Assembly: GCF_006345805.1 (NCBI RefSeq)
Contig: NC_043016.1
Location: 31,682,001-31,746,000 of the forward strand
DNA length: 64,000 nucleotides
Direction: 5' to 3'
DNA from: Octopus sinensis
Lineage: Eukaryota
In this document: positions 13,153 to 27,049 of the stretch, in pieces
Numbering within the stretch: position 1 is the first letter of the stretch
Layout: each line of letters opens with the position of its first letter
Notes under the pieces: model-generated
Seen by the model: the letters and a program-made list of their open reading frames with translations, nothing else
Told to the model about the DNA's origin: nothing
Database searches by the model: none
Translations under genes and position numbers: made by a program

Positions 13153-13419
13153 AGTAATCGTAATAATATCACTAGTAACAACTATACTAATAGTAGTTAA
13201 AATAACAGCAGTAGTGGTGGTGATGTATTGCCATACGGACTGAAATTTAGGAGGAAGGATTACAATTGACCCAAGTGCTCACCTGGTACTTATTTCATAG
13301 ACCCTGAAATGATGAAAGGCAAAGCCAACCTCTTTGAATTTGAATTCAGAATGCAAGACAGACGAAATGCCCCTAAGCATTTCAGTCACTGTGCTAATGA
13401 TTATGTCAGGTCACTGACT

Positions 13420-13490
<71 letters not shown>

Positions 13491-13894
13491 GGAAAAAGAA
13501 AATTAACTATGGATCTCACAGTGATAATAGGATTAGGAAAAAACATTAATTGTAATTACAATAATGACTAATTCAGGAAGTAAGTATAACCTGGATAGCA
13601 AGATGGAAAACAAAGGTTGTAATACTAGTGTGAGGAAAAGCATGTGGATTATTAGTAACATAAACCATCAATGATGCAACCCCATTAAATCAGGTATTAA
13701 ATTTATGAGTAGAAATTATAATAATATACATGTACTAGGAGTGGCTGTGTGGTAAGTAGCTTGCTTACCAACCACATGGTTGTGGGTTCAGTCTCACTGC
13801 GTGGCACCTTGGACAAGTGTTTTCTACCATAGCCTCGGGCCGACAAAAGCCTTGTGAGTGGATTTGGTAGACGGAAATTGAAAAGAAGTCCATC

Positions 13895-13986
<92 letters not shown>

Positions 13987-16719
13987 ATGTATATACATTT
14001 GTGTGTCTGTGTTTGTCCCCCCAACATTGCTTGACAACTGATGCTGGTGTGTTGATGTCCCCGTAATTTGGCGGCTCGGCAAAAGAGACCAATAGAATAA
14101 TACAGAGTAGCAGCTGTGTTAGTTATATTAATTAGAGCAATGAAAAGAAGGATGTTACTGGGCCCATTCTTTTAGATTGTACTGTTAGCTATATTCACAT
14201 TAGTATTACTTGTAGTTTCAGTAGTTTTATCATAAAAGCAGCATATTGGGTGCTAATATTTGTTCATGTAATATAAATACTAATTTAACTATCAACATGA
14301 ATGACAACAATAAGAAAATGATAATTGCAATTTCATACAGTCTAAAAAGATATGTAACTTTAGAATACCTGATAAATGCCTTTTAAACAGTTATTGCTTG
14401 TGGTATAATGTAGATTGTGAATGCACCATACATAGCAGACAGAGTTTAACTAAAATTTGAATAGGGTCTCCTGTCGACTTTAAGGTACAATTTCTATCTC
14501 ACATTAGTTCATTTTCTTTTACTAAAAGCAAAACTTCTACTTCATTGGCTAATCATATACACTGTCATAAGAACAGTAATATCACTGGCAATGTTAGTTA
14601 CTTCGTCCATTATTAAAGTGGGAAAGCTATATCAAGATGGCTGAACTCCATGTGATTTCAGTAGCAAATATACTGAGATTTTAAGAGGAAATTACTGCTG
14701 TTTTTCCACCTTTAGCAAGCATTGCTTTTTTAAATGTTTCTATTTTACCATCATATCAAAGTGGTACTCCAGCATGGCCAAAGTCAAATGACTGGAACAA
14801 GCAAAAGAGTAAAAGAATACCAATATGTTCCACCTGAGTTGAATAATTATTCACTTCTACTACTTCTTTTGTATCCACCTGCCTTAGCAAGGTCTTCCAA
14901 ATTCTCCAACTTTATCCTTAGCATAATCTGATATTGGACCTTATAACTATATTTGTTTACATCATTTAGACTTTATTTACATGATTATTCATGTGATTAT
15001 ATTCCTGTTAATTTGATATATCCCGACTTTACCACCCTAACTCGATCATCTTTCAGCTATCATCTGTATTTACATTTTTTTTATTCAATCTTTACTGGAG
15101 CTGCCACACTTTTGCACACTTGGCTGATTTTTAACATCTTTGCAACTAGACATTCAGGCAGACTGGCACTTAGCAGGAGACATGTCGGCCTTTTCTATTT
15201 TTTCTCCAAATTGCTTTTTATTTTTATTTGATATTTCACTCTATCACAGAGTCCTCTGCTGGGTCACCTTTTACTCTTTCCCTTGTTTCAGTCACTTGAC
15301 AGTGGCCATGCTGGAGCACTGCCTTTTAGCTGAAGCAATTGACCCTAGGATTTATTCTTTGTAAGCCTAACACTTATTCTATCAGTATCTTTTGCTGAAC
15401 CACTAAGAAACAGGGACATAAGCACACCAGCATTAGTTGTCAAGCGATGGTGGAGGAACAAAAACACATACATACATTCATACACACACACACACACATA
15501 CATATATATGACAGGCTTCCTTCAGTGTCCACCTACCAAATCCACTCACAAGGCTTTGGTTGGCTGAAGGCTATAGTTGAAGACACTTGCCCAAGGTGAC
15601 ATACAGTGGGAATGAACCCAGAACTATGTGGTTGGGAAGCAAGCTTGTTACCACACAGCCATTCCTGCATCTTGCTGCCTTTTGAATGACTGACCATTAT
15701 ATTACTGCTACAGCTACTCTCTCATCTTTCCCATCTATGCAGTTTGTATTCTTTTGCCTCCTTTTCTTATTTTATAAATATCCCTCACTCTCTTAATATT
15801 ATTTTGATCTCACTATCCTTTATTCTATTACGCTCTCACCTTCTACCATGAGAGGACTTTACAGATCACTAAACCCCCAGAAACAGCTGTAAAGGATTGT
15901 TTGAACTCTCATATTAGAGTATGAACACAGCATATTGCCAACTTTTGCCTGGATTTGCCTCCCACCATTTGACAAGGAACTTTAAGTATTTGATCCAGTG
16001 TGAACATGCACCTGTCTGTATATATTTTATATATCTTTTGACTTACTTTTACCCATTATGCATACATTATATTTACACACACACACACACAACACACTTA
16101 TATATATTGGTTTGGGTGTTGCACTCATGATTGTTATATCATAAGTTTGATTTCTGGAGTGGGAAGCACATTGTGCTCTTGAGCAAAACACTTCATTTCA
16201 CATTGCTCAGTCCACTCACCAATAAATGGGTAACCCTGTGACAGACTAGCTTTCTGATCAGGGGAAATGCTGACCTGCTCACCTAGCCAGTAGGATAACA
16301 TAACAGAAAAGCCGAAACCAATGCAACATGTATTGTGACCAATGATGTATAACAACATCTGATATTATGATCAATCATATGATCATGAAATATATATATA
16401 TATACCTTTGAAACACGCATTGAGTCGAACCAGGGGCAGCTGATGAAGGGGAATTTTCCTTGTATTGTTTGTCCTGTACTCTGTTTTTTCGTTGTTTAAA
16501 AAAAGTCCGTTTCCTTGTTCGATTTTATGTTTTCGTTTCTCGTTGTGTTCTATGTTTATTTGTGGTGTCCTGTATGCATATATATATATGCTTGTATATA
16601 TACATGTAGATGTAAGTATGTACATATATGTATGTATATATATGCATATATTTTATTTATTTATTATATTGTTATTATATGACCGAACGCACGCGTCGTT
16701 TCTCTTCTCCAAGTAAGTT

Positions 16720-16729
<10 letters not shown>

Positions 16730-16765
<36 letters not shown>

Positions 16766-17310
16766 CATACATATATACATACATGAATACACACACACAC
16801 ACACACACACACAATATGCTTACATACAAACATATGGATATGGATTTGAAAATAAACAGATCAACATACAAACGGATAGGTACATAGGTTATAAGAACAG
16901 TCAAGCAAACATACGCAAATGGAGACTGAAACACATGACCATATATACACACACACTTTACTTCACACAAGGACACATATGGAGACACAGGTCCACACAT
17001 TTAGAGATGCACATCCATACATACATACAAACATGGTACATAGTTGCAAAACACACACACACACACACACACACAGATATGCACATACAAGGAGATAGAG
17101 GTGCATACATATACAAACACACACTCACACATAGAAAATACACAAATATGGACAGGCAAGCACATGAATATACAGAATACATATATACAGATGGACACAC
17201 ATACATACATACATATGCATACACACACATATATACATACACACACGTGCATACATACACACACACATACGCACATGCATGCATGCATAGGCACACACAC
17301 ACAAACAAAC
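16730..17310. repeat. TA/CA/CATA low-complexity tract
   Basis: Mixed dinucleotide and tetranucleotide repeats. Confidence 0.9.
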
Positions 17311-17954
17311 AAAAAGGAACGCAGTGTAAATAACAGACAGAGTCAAGACTATTGAAAAGGTTGCAAGACGCAAAATAAAAATAAGAAATAAGTGTAAATT
17401 TTACTGGTGAGTGTGTTAAATAATAAGGCAATAAAAAGAAAATGACTCTCCCCAGACACAACAGAATATGCTTCAACACACGAACTCACATAAAGAATCT
17501 TGCAATCCAAATCCCAAAACAAAATATATATATAATTATGTAGGTAGTTAGGGTAAATCCTAGCTGTTTCCTCTTGAAACACATCTGTAACTCTTATTAG
17601 CAAATGAAAGATGTGTAAAGGTGAATAAATAATACCAAAAAATATCCAATTTCCTGTTTGTCTGTTTGATATATATATGTATGTATGTGTCTGTGTGTAA
17701 ACACACCTATGTATATTCTATTACCCTTTTCCTTTTACTTGTTTCAGTCATTTTGTACCGCCTTTAGTTGAGCAAATCGACCCAAGGACTTATTCTTTGT
17801 AAGCCTAGTACTTATTCTATCAGTCTCTTTGCCAAACTGCTAGGTTACGGGGATGTAAATGCACCATTAGCAGTTGTTAAGTTATGTGGTAGGGAGACAA
17901 CAAACACAGATGCATAAACATATACACCCACAAAAGACAGACAGTATGACACGT

Positions 17955-18620
17955 GTGTGAACAGCCATGCTACATGGCAGTGAAACATGGGCCATGAATC
18001 CTGAGGACATTTGTAAGCTTGCAAGGAATGAAGCCAGTGTGCTCCACTGGATGTGTAATGCCAGTGTGCATACATGACAGAGTGTAAGCACCCTGAGAGA
18101 AAAGTTGGACTTAAGAAGCATCAGATGTGGTGTGCAAGAGAGACAACTGCGCTGGTATGGTCATGTGTTGCGTATGGATGAGGACAGCTGTGGGAAAAAG
18201 TGTCACACCCTAGCAGTAGAGGCAACCTATGGAAGAGGTAGACCTAGGAAGACCTGGGATGAGATGATGAAGCACGACCTTCGAACACTGGGCCTCGCCA
18301 AGGCAATGACAAGTGACCGAGACCTTTGGAGATATGCTGTGCTCGAGAAAACCTAGCAAGCTAGGTGAGACAGTAACCATGCCTATGCCAGTGCAGCCTG
18401 ACTGGCTCCTGTGCCAGTGGCATGTAAGAAGCACCCACTACACTTTCGGAGTGGTTGGTGTTAAGAAGGGCATCCAGCTGTAGAAACTTTGCCAGATTGG
18501 ATTGGAGCCTGGTACAGCCTTCTGGCTTGCTAGCCCCCCATTCAAACTGTCCAACCCATGCCAGCATGGAAAGCAGACAGTAAGCAATGATGACAATAAT
18601 GATGATGATGATGATGATGA
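17955..18620 (+). mobile_element. 5'-truncated RTE LINE
   Basis: LRSIRCGVQERQLRWYGHVLRMDEDSCGKKCHTLAVEATYGRGRPRKTWDEMMKHDL, then the RTE 3' UTR and tail. Same-family copies: 29527-29995 (+), 30995-31517 (+), 46530-46800 (+), 56202-56694 (+), 18745-18900 (-), 26208-26447 (-), 42390-42495 (-), 45367-45765 (-), 54227-54480 (-), 58810-58995 (-). Confidence 0.9.
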
Positions 18621-19439
18621 TATATATATATATATATGACAGGCTTCTTACAGTTTCCATCAATTAAATCCACCCACAAGGCTTTGGTCAGCCCGAGGCT
18701 ACAGTAGAAGACACATGTCCAAGGTGCCACGCATATAGATTTACATATCATCATCGCTCAACATCTGTTTTCCATGCTGGCATGGGTTGGGTGGTTCGAC
18801 TGGGGTTTAGGAAGCCAGGAGGCTGCACCAGGCTCCAGTCTGATCTGGCAGTGTTTCTACAGCTGGATGCCCTTCCTAATGCCAACCACTCCGAGAGTGG
18901 TTGGCGTTGATTTCAATGCTATTACATCCATGGCTCCATTGAAACTAACAAATGCTGAGTTTCAATCCGCTCTCTATGAGTGTGTTATGACATGTTCAAC
19001 ATGAGCGACAATGTGCAAGTTGTCTGTTCTTGAGCATAACACTTCATTTCACATTGTTCTGCAACCACTTTAACCTTTGACATGTGGAACAGGAAATGTT
19101 GATTTGATGGTGGGAACGAGTTAATGTGAGGCACAAAAATTTGATCACTATAAACCAATGGTTCCCAAAGTGGGAATTCTAAGGGTGAATGAGCTTTATT
19201 TGTACTCTAATATGTTCTTAATGGAATACACCTCAACTCTCTCTCTTTCTGTATATATAAGGACAGAAATGTGTCATGGCCGACAGGAAGCATTCCTAGA
19301 ATTCTTATATGTTTACAAGAGCTAGATAGGCATCTACAACTAGCAGGCCATGCTACTCCAGACTGATGATGGGCAAAAACTCAGAAACTTAGCTGGATGG
19401 AGGTGCTTATCTCCTCCTTGTAAAGATAAGGACACAGGA

Positions 19440-19760
19440 GATGTGTCAAGGACGACAGGAAGCGTTGCTGCTTTCTAGGGCTAAATAGCAGTAGTATGAT
19501 TCTCTTCATGGGACTGTCAACATTAAGTTGACAGTATACAACTACTCTATCATACCACGTGTGTATCGTTGGCAATTATTTTCCCCTCCGTCTTCCCTTC
19601 CTTGGATCTTTCTTTTCCTATGTTTCTGACGAAGAGCTCCACTCGAAACGTTAAATCCTCCTTCTTTCTTTCCTTTCCTGAGTGTCCAATAACACTATAC
19701 TTGTTCCACATCCTCACATTGTTGTGTTTTCTCTTTGTGTTTTAATGTTTGGATTAACTA
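19440..19760 (+). mobile_element. Probable Penelope-like element terminal fragment
   Basis: Contains ctgacgaagagctccactcgaaacgttaa, resembling the CTGA.GAAG...CGAAACGT end motif of Penelope-like elements. An inverted copy of the same family lies at 47480-47700. Confidence 0.45.
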
Positions 19761-20059
19761 TATATATATATATAGGTAGATAAATGGACAGATAGATCAT
19801 AAAATATATTTATTTAACCATTTGATGTCCACAGGATGATGGCTGTTTCACAGCCCTCATCATGTAATTATAATTTCAGTGTTTAATAAATTATTTTGCA
19901 TGTTTGCACTAATGTGCATGCTACACATTGCACAGTACTATTGTGCATTTACAAATCAATGCAGATATAGAAAGGGAGCTCTTCAGATGAACAGAACATC
20001 ATGATTTTACCAATGCTTCAGCTCTTGCTGAACAACCTGCATTGGTGATTCGTTTATAG

Positions 20060-20371
20060 TAGTGGTTCCCAAGCTTTTTGGGGCTGCCAGCCCCTTTGAC
20101 ACCCAGGCCACATTCCTAGTGCCCCCACCTCAACTAATCATCATAAGCATAGACCTCTTTCTCAAGCAAATTCAAAGCATCTGTATTTCACAAATAAAAC
20201 TTAACCTAATAAACCCATTATTTTGTTGTTTTTACATGAATCACTGCCCTATTATCACCTCAGTTTTTACATGAATCACTACCCCATTATTACCCCACTT
20301 TTCTTCAACGCCCCCTTGGAATTTTCCACCACTCCCAAGGGGAGCAATACTATCCACTTTGGGAATCATTA
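20060..20371. mobile_element. hAT MITE inserted at the end of a family C SINE
   Basis: TIRs tagtggttcccaa / ttgggaatcatta. Perfect 8-bp TSD gtttatag (20052-20059 and 20372-20379). Confidence 0.85.
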
Positions 20372-20689
20372 GTTTATAGTGATCAAAGTTTTGTGCCGCA
20401 CATTAACTCTTACCCACCACCAAATCAACATTTCCTGTACCACATGTCACTATAAGTGATTGCAGAACAATGTGAAATGAAGTGTTAAGCTCAAGAACAT
20501 AACACACCATTCCGTCCAGGAATCGAAACCACAGTTGTATGATCCGTCCAACATTTGGAATGATACTAACTGTTAAAATCAGATGTTGCTTATGAATAAA
20601 TGGGTGTTATGTGACAGTGTGTTTTTGATATGAGTAGCATTTGTGCTTTTTTTTTCTAGTTGTTGAAAAGATTAGATTGACATATCCCT

Positions 20690-21520
20690 ATTGGAGGATG
20701 TTTTTGAGGGGGTCTTTGTTCATGGATTCAGCGTTGGTGTTGTGTGTGTTGTTTAGGTTTGAAGTGAATAATGCATGATCAGGGAATGTTAGGGAGATAT
20801 AAAGGGTAGTCTCATCTGCGTAAGAGTTGACATGGTTTGATGTGGCAGCAATGCGATTGACAGATTTGTTGATACTGAGGGTAGCAATATTGGCTTTCAC
20901 TTAATTCCTTGGTGAGAGCCTACTGATGGATGACAGAGGAGTGTAGGTCACTAGTGAATCTATCATTACTAGAGCTATACCGGTATTCTTGAAGGAGATA
21001 AATTCAAGGTGTAGAATGTTGTTAGTGGCTATATCTATTACATTACAGATGCTAGAGATGAATGCAAAAAGGGGCAATAGTTGGCAGGGTTGGAGAGGAG
21101 ACCATGTTTGCAAAGAATAGGACAAATTCCTGTAGAGAGGGAGGGATTGGAGAATTTGGTGAATATAGGCATTAACTGGGTGCTAGATGGTTGAGGAAGT
21201 GAGGCAGTCAGGACCAGAAGTCTTGTTGGTTAGAAGTGACAGAAAGTACTTTTATGTTTGGTGTAAGTGCATGCAGGGTGGAGGAAATAAAATTGGAGAA
21301 GACTTGCTTAGTGTGTCGAGTGTAGAATTGACTGAAACATGAACAGTAAAGATATAGGCTTTCTCTGCTGGGGTACTACTCACAGTACCATAGTTGATGT
21401 AAAGTGGAGGGAAAAGAATTCCGCAAAGTTGGTAGATATCTTTTTGGCAAGGGACCAAAAGGGTTGGCTGTAGTTTGGAAGGCAAGATAGCTTGAGAGAT
21501 ATACGATAATGTCATCTTTC
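20690..21520 (-). mobile_element. Degenerate CR1/L2-group LINE RT fragment
   Basis: Broken ORFs include HVNSYADETTLYISL (YADD-like) and YGTVSSTPAEKAYIF. A related 3' fragment at about 57260-57600 (+) reads ...FFPHTSKLWNSL. Confidence 0.7.
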
Positions 21521-21963
21521 ACTTTTCGAATAATAATGGTCTTGCAGATGTGGCGTTATATATAAAAATACAACATAAAATATACATATATAACAAAATA
21601 TACAAAATGCATAATATATAACATAAGTAAATATACAGAAAATATACAATATACATAAACATATAAATAAATAAATAATATTCAATTATGCACAAAGCAT
21701 ATATTAAAGCTGCTTAGCACGAAAGATCGTAAGAAAAAAAATATATACAATAGTACATAAATATATATATATATATATAATGTGTGTGCGTGCGTGTGTG
21801 TAAGAAAAGGAGAGAAAGACCATGTGAAAATTTTATATCATGTTTGTTTATTTTAGCCATTTTCCCCCGTTGTTTATTTTTTTTTCTTTTCTAACACTAA
21901 TTTGAAATAATTCTGCATCGTAAATGCCCAAATATAAAAGTACTTCCACTTAGATACAGATAT

Positions 21964-22003
<40 letters not shown>

Positions 22004-22066
22004 AACATATATATACACTTACATACACATACACACACACACACACACAGATACGTCTATGTCTTA

Positions 22067-22170
22067 GATAGATAGATAGATAGATAGATGATAGATAGAT
22101 AGATAGATAGATGATAGATAGATAGATGATAGATAGATAGATAGATAGATTGATAGATAGATAGATAGAT

Positions 22171-22203
<33 letters not shown>
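22067..22203. repeat. (GATA)n microsatellite
   Basis: gatagata with occasional gat units. Confidence 0.95.
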
Positions 22204-22834
22204 GTACATGAATGATTTTGTCCCTGTAAATATTTACGCGTGATAAGATAAGACAGATTAATATAATAAATACTTGAAACTCAAGTGTGACCGACCGAAA
22301 TGTAAAAAAAGCACAAAAGCTGTTTGATTGTCAATAATTGAATAATATAATAACATAAACAAACTATATTTTGCAAAAGGTGAACATCTTTAAAACGAGG
22401 AAAAGATGAAAATTTTGTTACATAGGTAAACAAGACTTCAAGTTTCACATTTGTTAAAGGAAGAAGGGAATGTGTGATGTTCATGCTGTTTATTATTCAA
22501 GAACATTATGTAGTCTTTAAAATGAAGCGAACTTGTTATCAACCGGAAATTGAAACCGGGCTGCAGATTCGGCTAATTTTTTAATGTGAATATAAATACG
22601 ATTGTTTTAGTTAGTATTTGAACTTAATATTTACAGAAGGGCCGAATGTGACTGAGTAAATAGTCATGCATTTTATTTTATTTTTAATTTTATTTCATCA
22701 AGGACCATAACAATGTACAATGAAATAAGATAACTGGAAACTGAAACCGGGTGGAGAACATGTTCGTCGTGAACCCGAATAATTTTAATGACGATAATGA
22801 TGTTTGATATTGATATAAAAATGACAGCACTTAC

Positions 22835-23144
22835 CGGGTCCATAATACTTCCTTCCTCGGGTAACGTCAAAGATTTTTCTGTTTACAGCGATACATATAC
22901 GGCCGTCCTCACCGGTTCCATCGTATTTCTTTAGTTCGGCTATTGTCATGTCTTTTTTCTTCATCCGCGGCAAATGCACTTCTGGCTGTTGATGGTATCT
23001 GAGATGCTTCAGAGAAGCGAAGAGAATAACAGCCAGGATGGCCATACCGAAAATAACTACATAGAGCGGTTGTAAGACCTCACCGATTAATGTTTTTGTT
23101 GAAGAAACAGTACTTGCAGCAGAAGAAGAACTCGCCACCTCCAT
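22835..23144 (-). CDS. PGRMC1: PGRMC (membrane-associated progesterone receptor component, MAPR/cytochrome b5-like) coding exon 1
   Basis: ATG at 23144 (the track's TTG start at 23156 is upstream). Encodes MEVASSS..., a hydrophobic TM segment (LYVVIFGMAILAVILFASL) and MTIAELKKYDGTGEDGRICIAVNRKIFDVTRGRKYYGP. Ends at donor G|gtaag (22834), phase 1. 310 nt. PGRMC1 vs PGRMC2 orthology cannot be resolved here. Confidence 0.95.
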
Positions 23145-23440
23145 ATTGGAAGGCAAAAATAAATAAAAAATATATAATAAACAAAAGACACGAGATCCTA
23201 TAATTGATGTTTATCACGAAACGGTCAAGGTCTGGGGGACAACTAAACACGTTGAAGCCTCTCCGATTTTTTTTTTTTTTTTTTTTTTTTTTCGAATTAC
23301 CTTCTTTTCATAACATCTAATGAAAAGAAGTTCACCGGACTTTTGAATTTATATGTAAATGAAAAATGTGAGGCGTAAGATGGGGTTCTGTGCATGAACA
23401 CACACGCACGCGCGGGCGCACAGACACACATACACACACA
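22850..23440 (-). promoter_or_regulatory. CpG-enriched PGRMC 5' end / promoter region
   Basis: Visibly more CpG dinucleotides than the bulk window, including gcacgcgcgggcgcac at about 23406-23421. Surrounds the first coding exon. Confidence 0.4.
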
Positions 23441-23598
23441 CGTATGTTTCTATGTATGTATGTATATGTTCATATGTATCATGTATGTATATCTACATGT
23501 ATATGTGTGTGTGTGTATAATATCTATATATGTATATCTAAATATATAAGTATGTATTTATTGTATGAGTGTATACACACACACATATACATATGTAC

Positions 23599-23636
<38 letters not shown>

Positions 23637-23790
23637 TGTGTATGTGTATATATATATATATATATGTACACACACACACATATATGTATGTATATATATA
23701 TGTATTTGTATATATTTTCATATATATGTATATCTATATTTATGTATATCATACACACACACACACATGCGAATGTACATGTATCTATCT
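23400..23790. repeat. TA/TG/CA low-complexity tract upstream of PGRMC
   Basis: Mixed dinucleotide repeats. Confidence 0.9.
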
Positions 23791-24230
23791 AAGGGGGATT
23801 CCGATAATCCAGGTGAATACCTCCAGTCAGCATTCCTAGCAAAATACCGGTTAACGGGGTTTCATAGAGTAGAAAAAAATGTCATCTAAGACATCTGAGA
23901 TCCAAAGTACTCTACACAAACTGAAAATTCATAAGATGTACCCATTATAAGAATAATATATCAATTGCGGGATATAAAATTAAAATAATCAAAGCAATTA
24001 AGATACTGGTATTCTTTTATTCTTTTACTTGTTTCAATCGTTTGACTGTGCCCATGCTGGAGCACCACCTTTGGTCGAATAAATCGACCCCAGCACTTAT
24101 TCTTTGCAAGCCTAGCACTTATTCTATCAGTCTCTTTTTGCCAAACCGCTGACAGGGACGTAAACACATCAACATCGGTTGTCATGTAATAGTGTGGGAC
24201 AGACACAAACAACAAACACATATATATAAG

Positions 24231-24296
<66 letters not shown>

Positions 24297-24634
24297 TATA
24301 TGTATACAACAGGCTTCTTTCAGTTTCCGTCAACCAAATCCACTCACAGCACTTTGATTGACCCAAGGCTATAGCAAAAGACATTTGCCCAAGGTACCAT
24401 GCAATGAGACTGAACTCAGAACCATCTGGTTGGGATGCAAGCTTCTTTATTTCAATATTTTGCCATAAAGGCACAACATAGAGGTGACACTACAAAACAT
24501 GTGGAGACATATGACAATTAAAAATATGTAAGAATAAAATATGATACTGTAAGTGTCATGAAAATGGACATGAAAAAATGAATTAAGGTTATGACAACAT
24601 GCATGATATCTGAAAATGAAAATATCAAGAGTGT

Positions 24635-25850
24635 GCTTCTAACCCCACACGGAGTAACACCACTCACCGCCTCTGAGTCCTAATTCTTCTTTAGTCTCTG
24701 GTCTAGCCCTTCTATTTCCGCTCTTGCTATTGCTCCATCGACAACACCCTTTTGTAACCTTTTTCACTGGCAGGAGGGGGGGTCTTCTAAATTCTGTGGT
24801 GTCTGCTCTTTTTTCTTTTTCTTTTTTCCTGTGGGGAAATGAGGTAGGTCTGGTATCTGTATAGGGCAGGTGGGTCTGAATGGTCTTGGGTGAGACAGAG
24901 TTGGACTGGGGTATCGCATCACACCCAATGTTCTTTCTTTTCTTCCTCTTCTTCCTTCTACTCTCTGTTACTATCCATTCTTCCTCCTTTCCTCCGTCTT
25001 TCTTTTCTTCTCCGACTCCACAACTGGCTTATCTGTTGTTTCATCTTTTGTTTTCTTCTGTAGAGGGCAGTTGCTCTAATGCAACCCTTTTGGCCACATT
25101 TAAAACAATGTGGGACTCTGCCTTCCACCCACGTTCTTCACACAATTTCTCCCAACGTCACCGTCTCCGCCAGCTCTCTAGCTGCTTCTCTGCCTGCAGG
25201 ATGAGATCCAGTGATTTCCCTCTCCATCCTACTTCTTCCATTTCCGTGGCTAGGAGGACAGCCACCTCCTCACTTCCAACGAGTACGGATGCCAAGACCC
25301 AAGCCAGGTGGGATTGCTTCCACCCTTAACTTGGAAGTCTTTCTTCCAAGATATGTGGGCAGAAGCACCACCTCTTCTTTCCTCACCACCACAATCGCCA
25401 GCCTCCTACCTCTTCCACTGTCCTAAACTGGACGACCGCTATCCCGTATTTACATCCTTCGGTTATATACATTATTTGGTTCAACTGTTTCCTTAGCGCC
25501 TTTTCTATTATTTCTGCTTCCACCTGTTCAGCTTTTTTGTTCTTCAGCGAGTGCACCCTATAGGTGATAGTTTTCCTCTTCATTTGCCACATGATTCTTT
25601 TAGGTAGCAACAACTTCACGTCACCACCCACCTTCTGTGCCATTTTCCCATATTCCTTTAGTCCAGCCAGGTCTACATCCTTTCTCTTCACCTCTGCCGC
25701 CTCAGAAAAACTTCTTGTTCTCTCCAATATTCCATCCATTCTCCTCACCACCTTCACCAGCTCCTACTCCGCTGAAGACAATTCAGATCCGCTAAAGTCT
25801 GAATACATTTTCTCTAATCTGCTGCCAAGCAACACAAAAATCCTGTCCGA
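24635..25850 (-). mobile_element. LINE ORF1 (gag-like) relic with zinc knuckle, L1/Tx1-like; no ORF2 seen
   Basis: ATG at 25808 (MYSDFSGSELSSAE*ELVKVVRR...) is in frame with track ORF 25383-25757. After a frameshift: VVRKEEVVLLPTYLGRKTSKLRVEAIPP, and later VEGRVPHCFKCGQKGCIRA(frameshift)CP, a degenerate CX2CX4HX4C. Confidence 0.6.
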
Positions 25851-26498
25851 CTCTCAAAAAAAAAAAACCCAGCAACTGAATCAATGCATGCGCAGTAACC
25901 AGAAGCAAGCTTCTTACCACACAGCCACGCCTGGTATGGTATAAATCAGTTACGATCGTTTTGATAGCCAGTGGAAGTGTTACATCATTGAACATACTAA
26001 ATTGGATATAGAAAATTATATGAAATATATGAATTGTTTTAAGTCCATGGAATTTTAAAAGAAAAAACTACTGGTTATATCATCATGACTGTTTAAGTCA
26101 CCATAGTGAAGGTGTCTGATGTTGAAAGACTCAAACAACAAATGATTCCAGGAAACATCACTCATGATGTGTCCAGGTGCTTCACTGAATGATGCATGGA
26201 ATCCAATATCATCATCATCATCATCGTTTAGCGTCCGCTTTCCATGCTAGCATGGGTTGGACGGTTCGACCGGGAATCTGGGAAGCCAGAAGGCTGCACC
26301 AGGCTCCAGTCTTATCTGGCAATGTTTCTACAGCTGGATGCCCTTCCTAACGCCAACCACTCCGTGAGTGTAGTGGGTGCTTTTTGCGTGCCACCTGCAC
26401 AAGTGCCAGGCGAGGCTGGCAACGGCCATGGTCGGATTGGTGTATATATATAGAAAATAGAAAAGAGTGAAAAAACTACAGAAGGCTTAAGAATTTTA

Positions 26499-26550
<52 letters not shown>

Positions 26551-27049
26551 GCGTGTGTGTGTGTGTATATATATATATCCCATGCTTTATAGAAATGATA
26601 GGAAACAAGAGAAGTAACTCAGAGTGGCTAGTTGAATGCATTTGAACAACATAGACAAATAGAAGCATGTTAAAAACCATACAATATAAATTCTTGAATT
26701 TTAATAATTATTCCCTGCCTTTACAGGATGTATCATAGTTACCAGATGGTGTTCGAGACCGGCTCCATATGGGAAAGGGAGATAATCTGAAGAACTAAAA
26801 ACTCTAGAAAGTTGACTTGCCATTAAGGGCGAAAAAAAGGGACAGGCTTATTATCTGGAGATAAGAGGACATTTGTGGACAGCTGTTTCTGCTTCAATAG
26901 GCATTATCAGCATAGCAACTCTGCAACCTTATCTCCAACAGCCAAGGGACATAGCCGTATATTGAAAGAGTAGAAAACATTTATCACCTTGACAATATCA
27001 TCATCATCATCATTAACTCTCCGGCAAAAGTTAGCCAGTTTCACAGGAG

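Noticed and set aside
22785-23156. Track ORF as a single-exon 123-aa gene starting at TTG
   Set aside because: The ATG is at 23144 and the frame leaves at the GT donor at 22834; KCCHFYINIKHHYRH is intron read-through.
24880-25329. 149-aa plus-strand ORF
   Set aside because: Antisense shadow of the purine-rich LINE ORF1 relic; F/L/S-rich with no domain.
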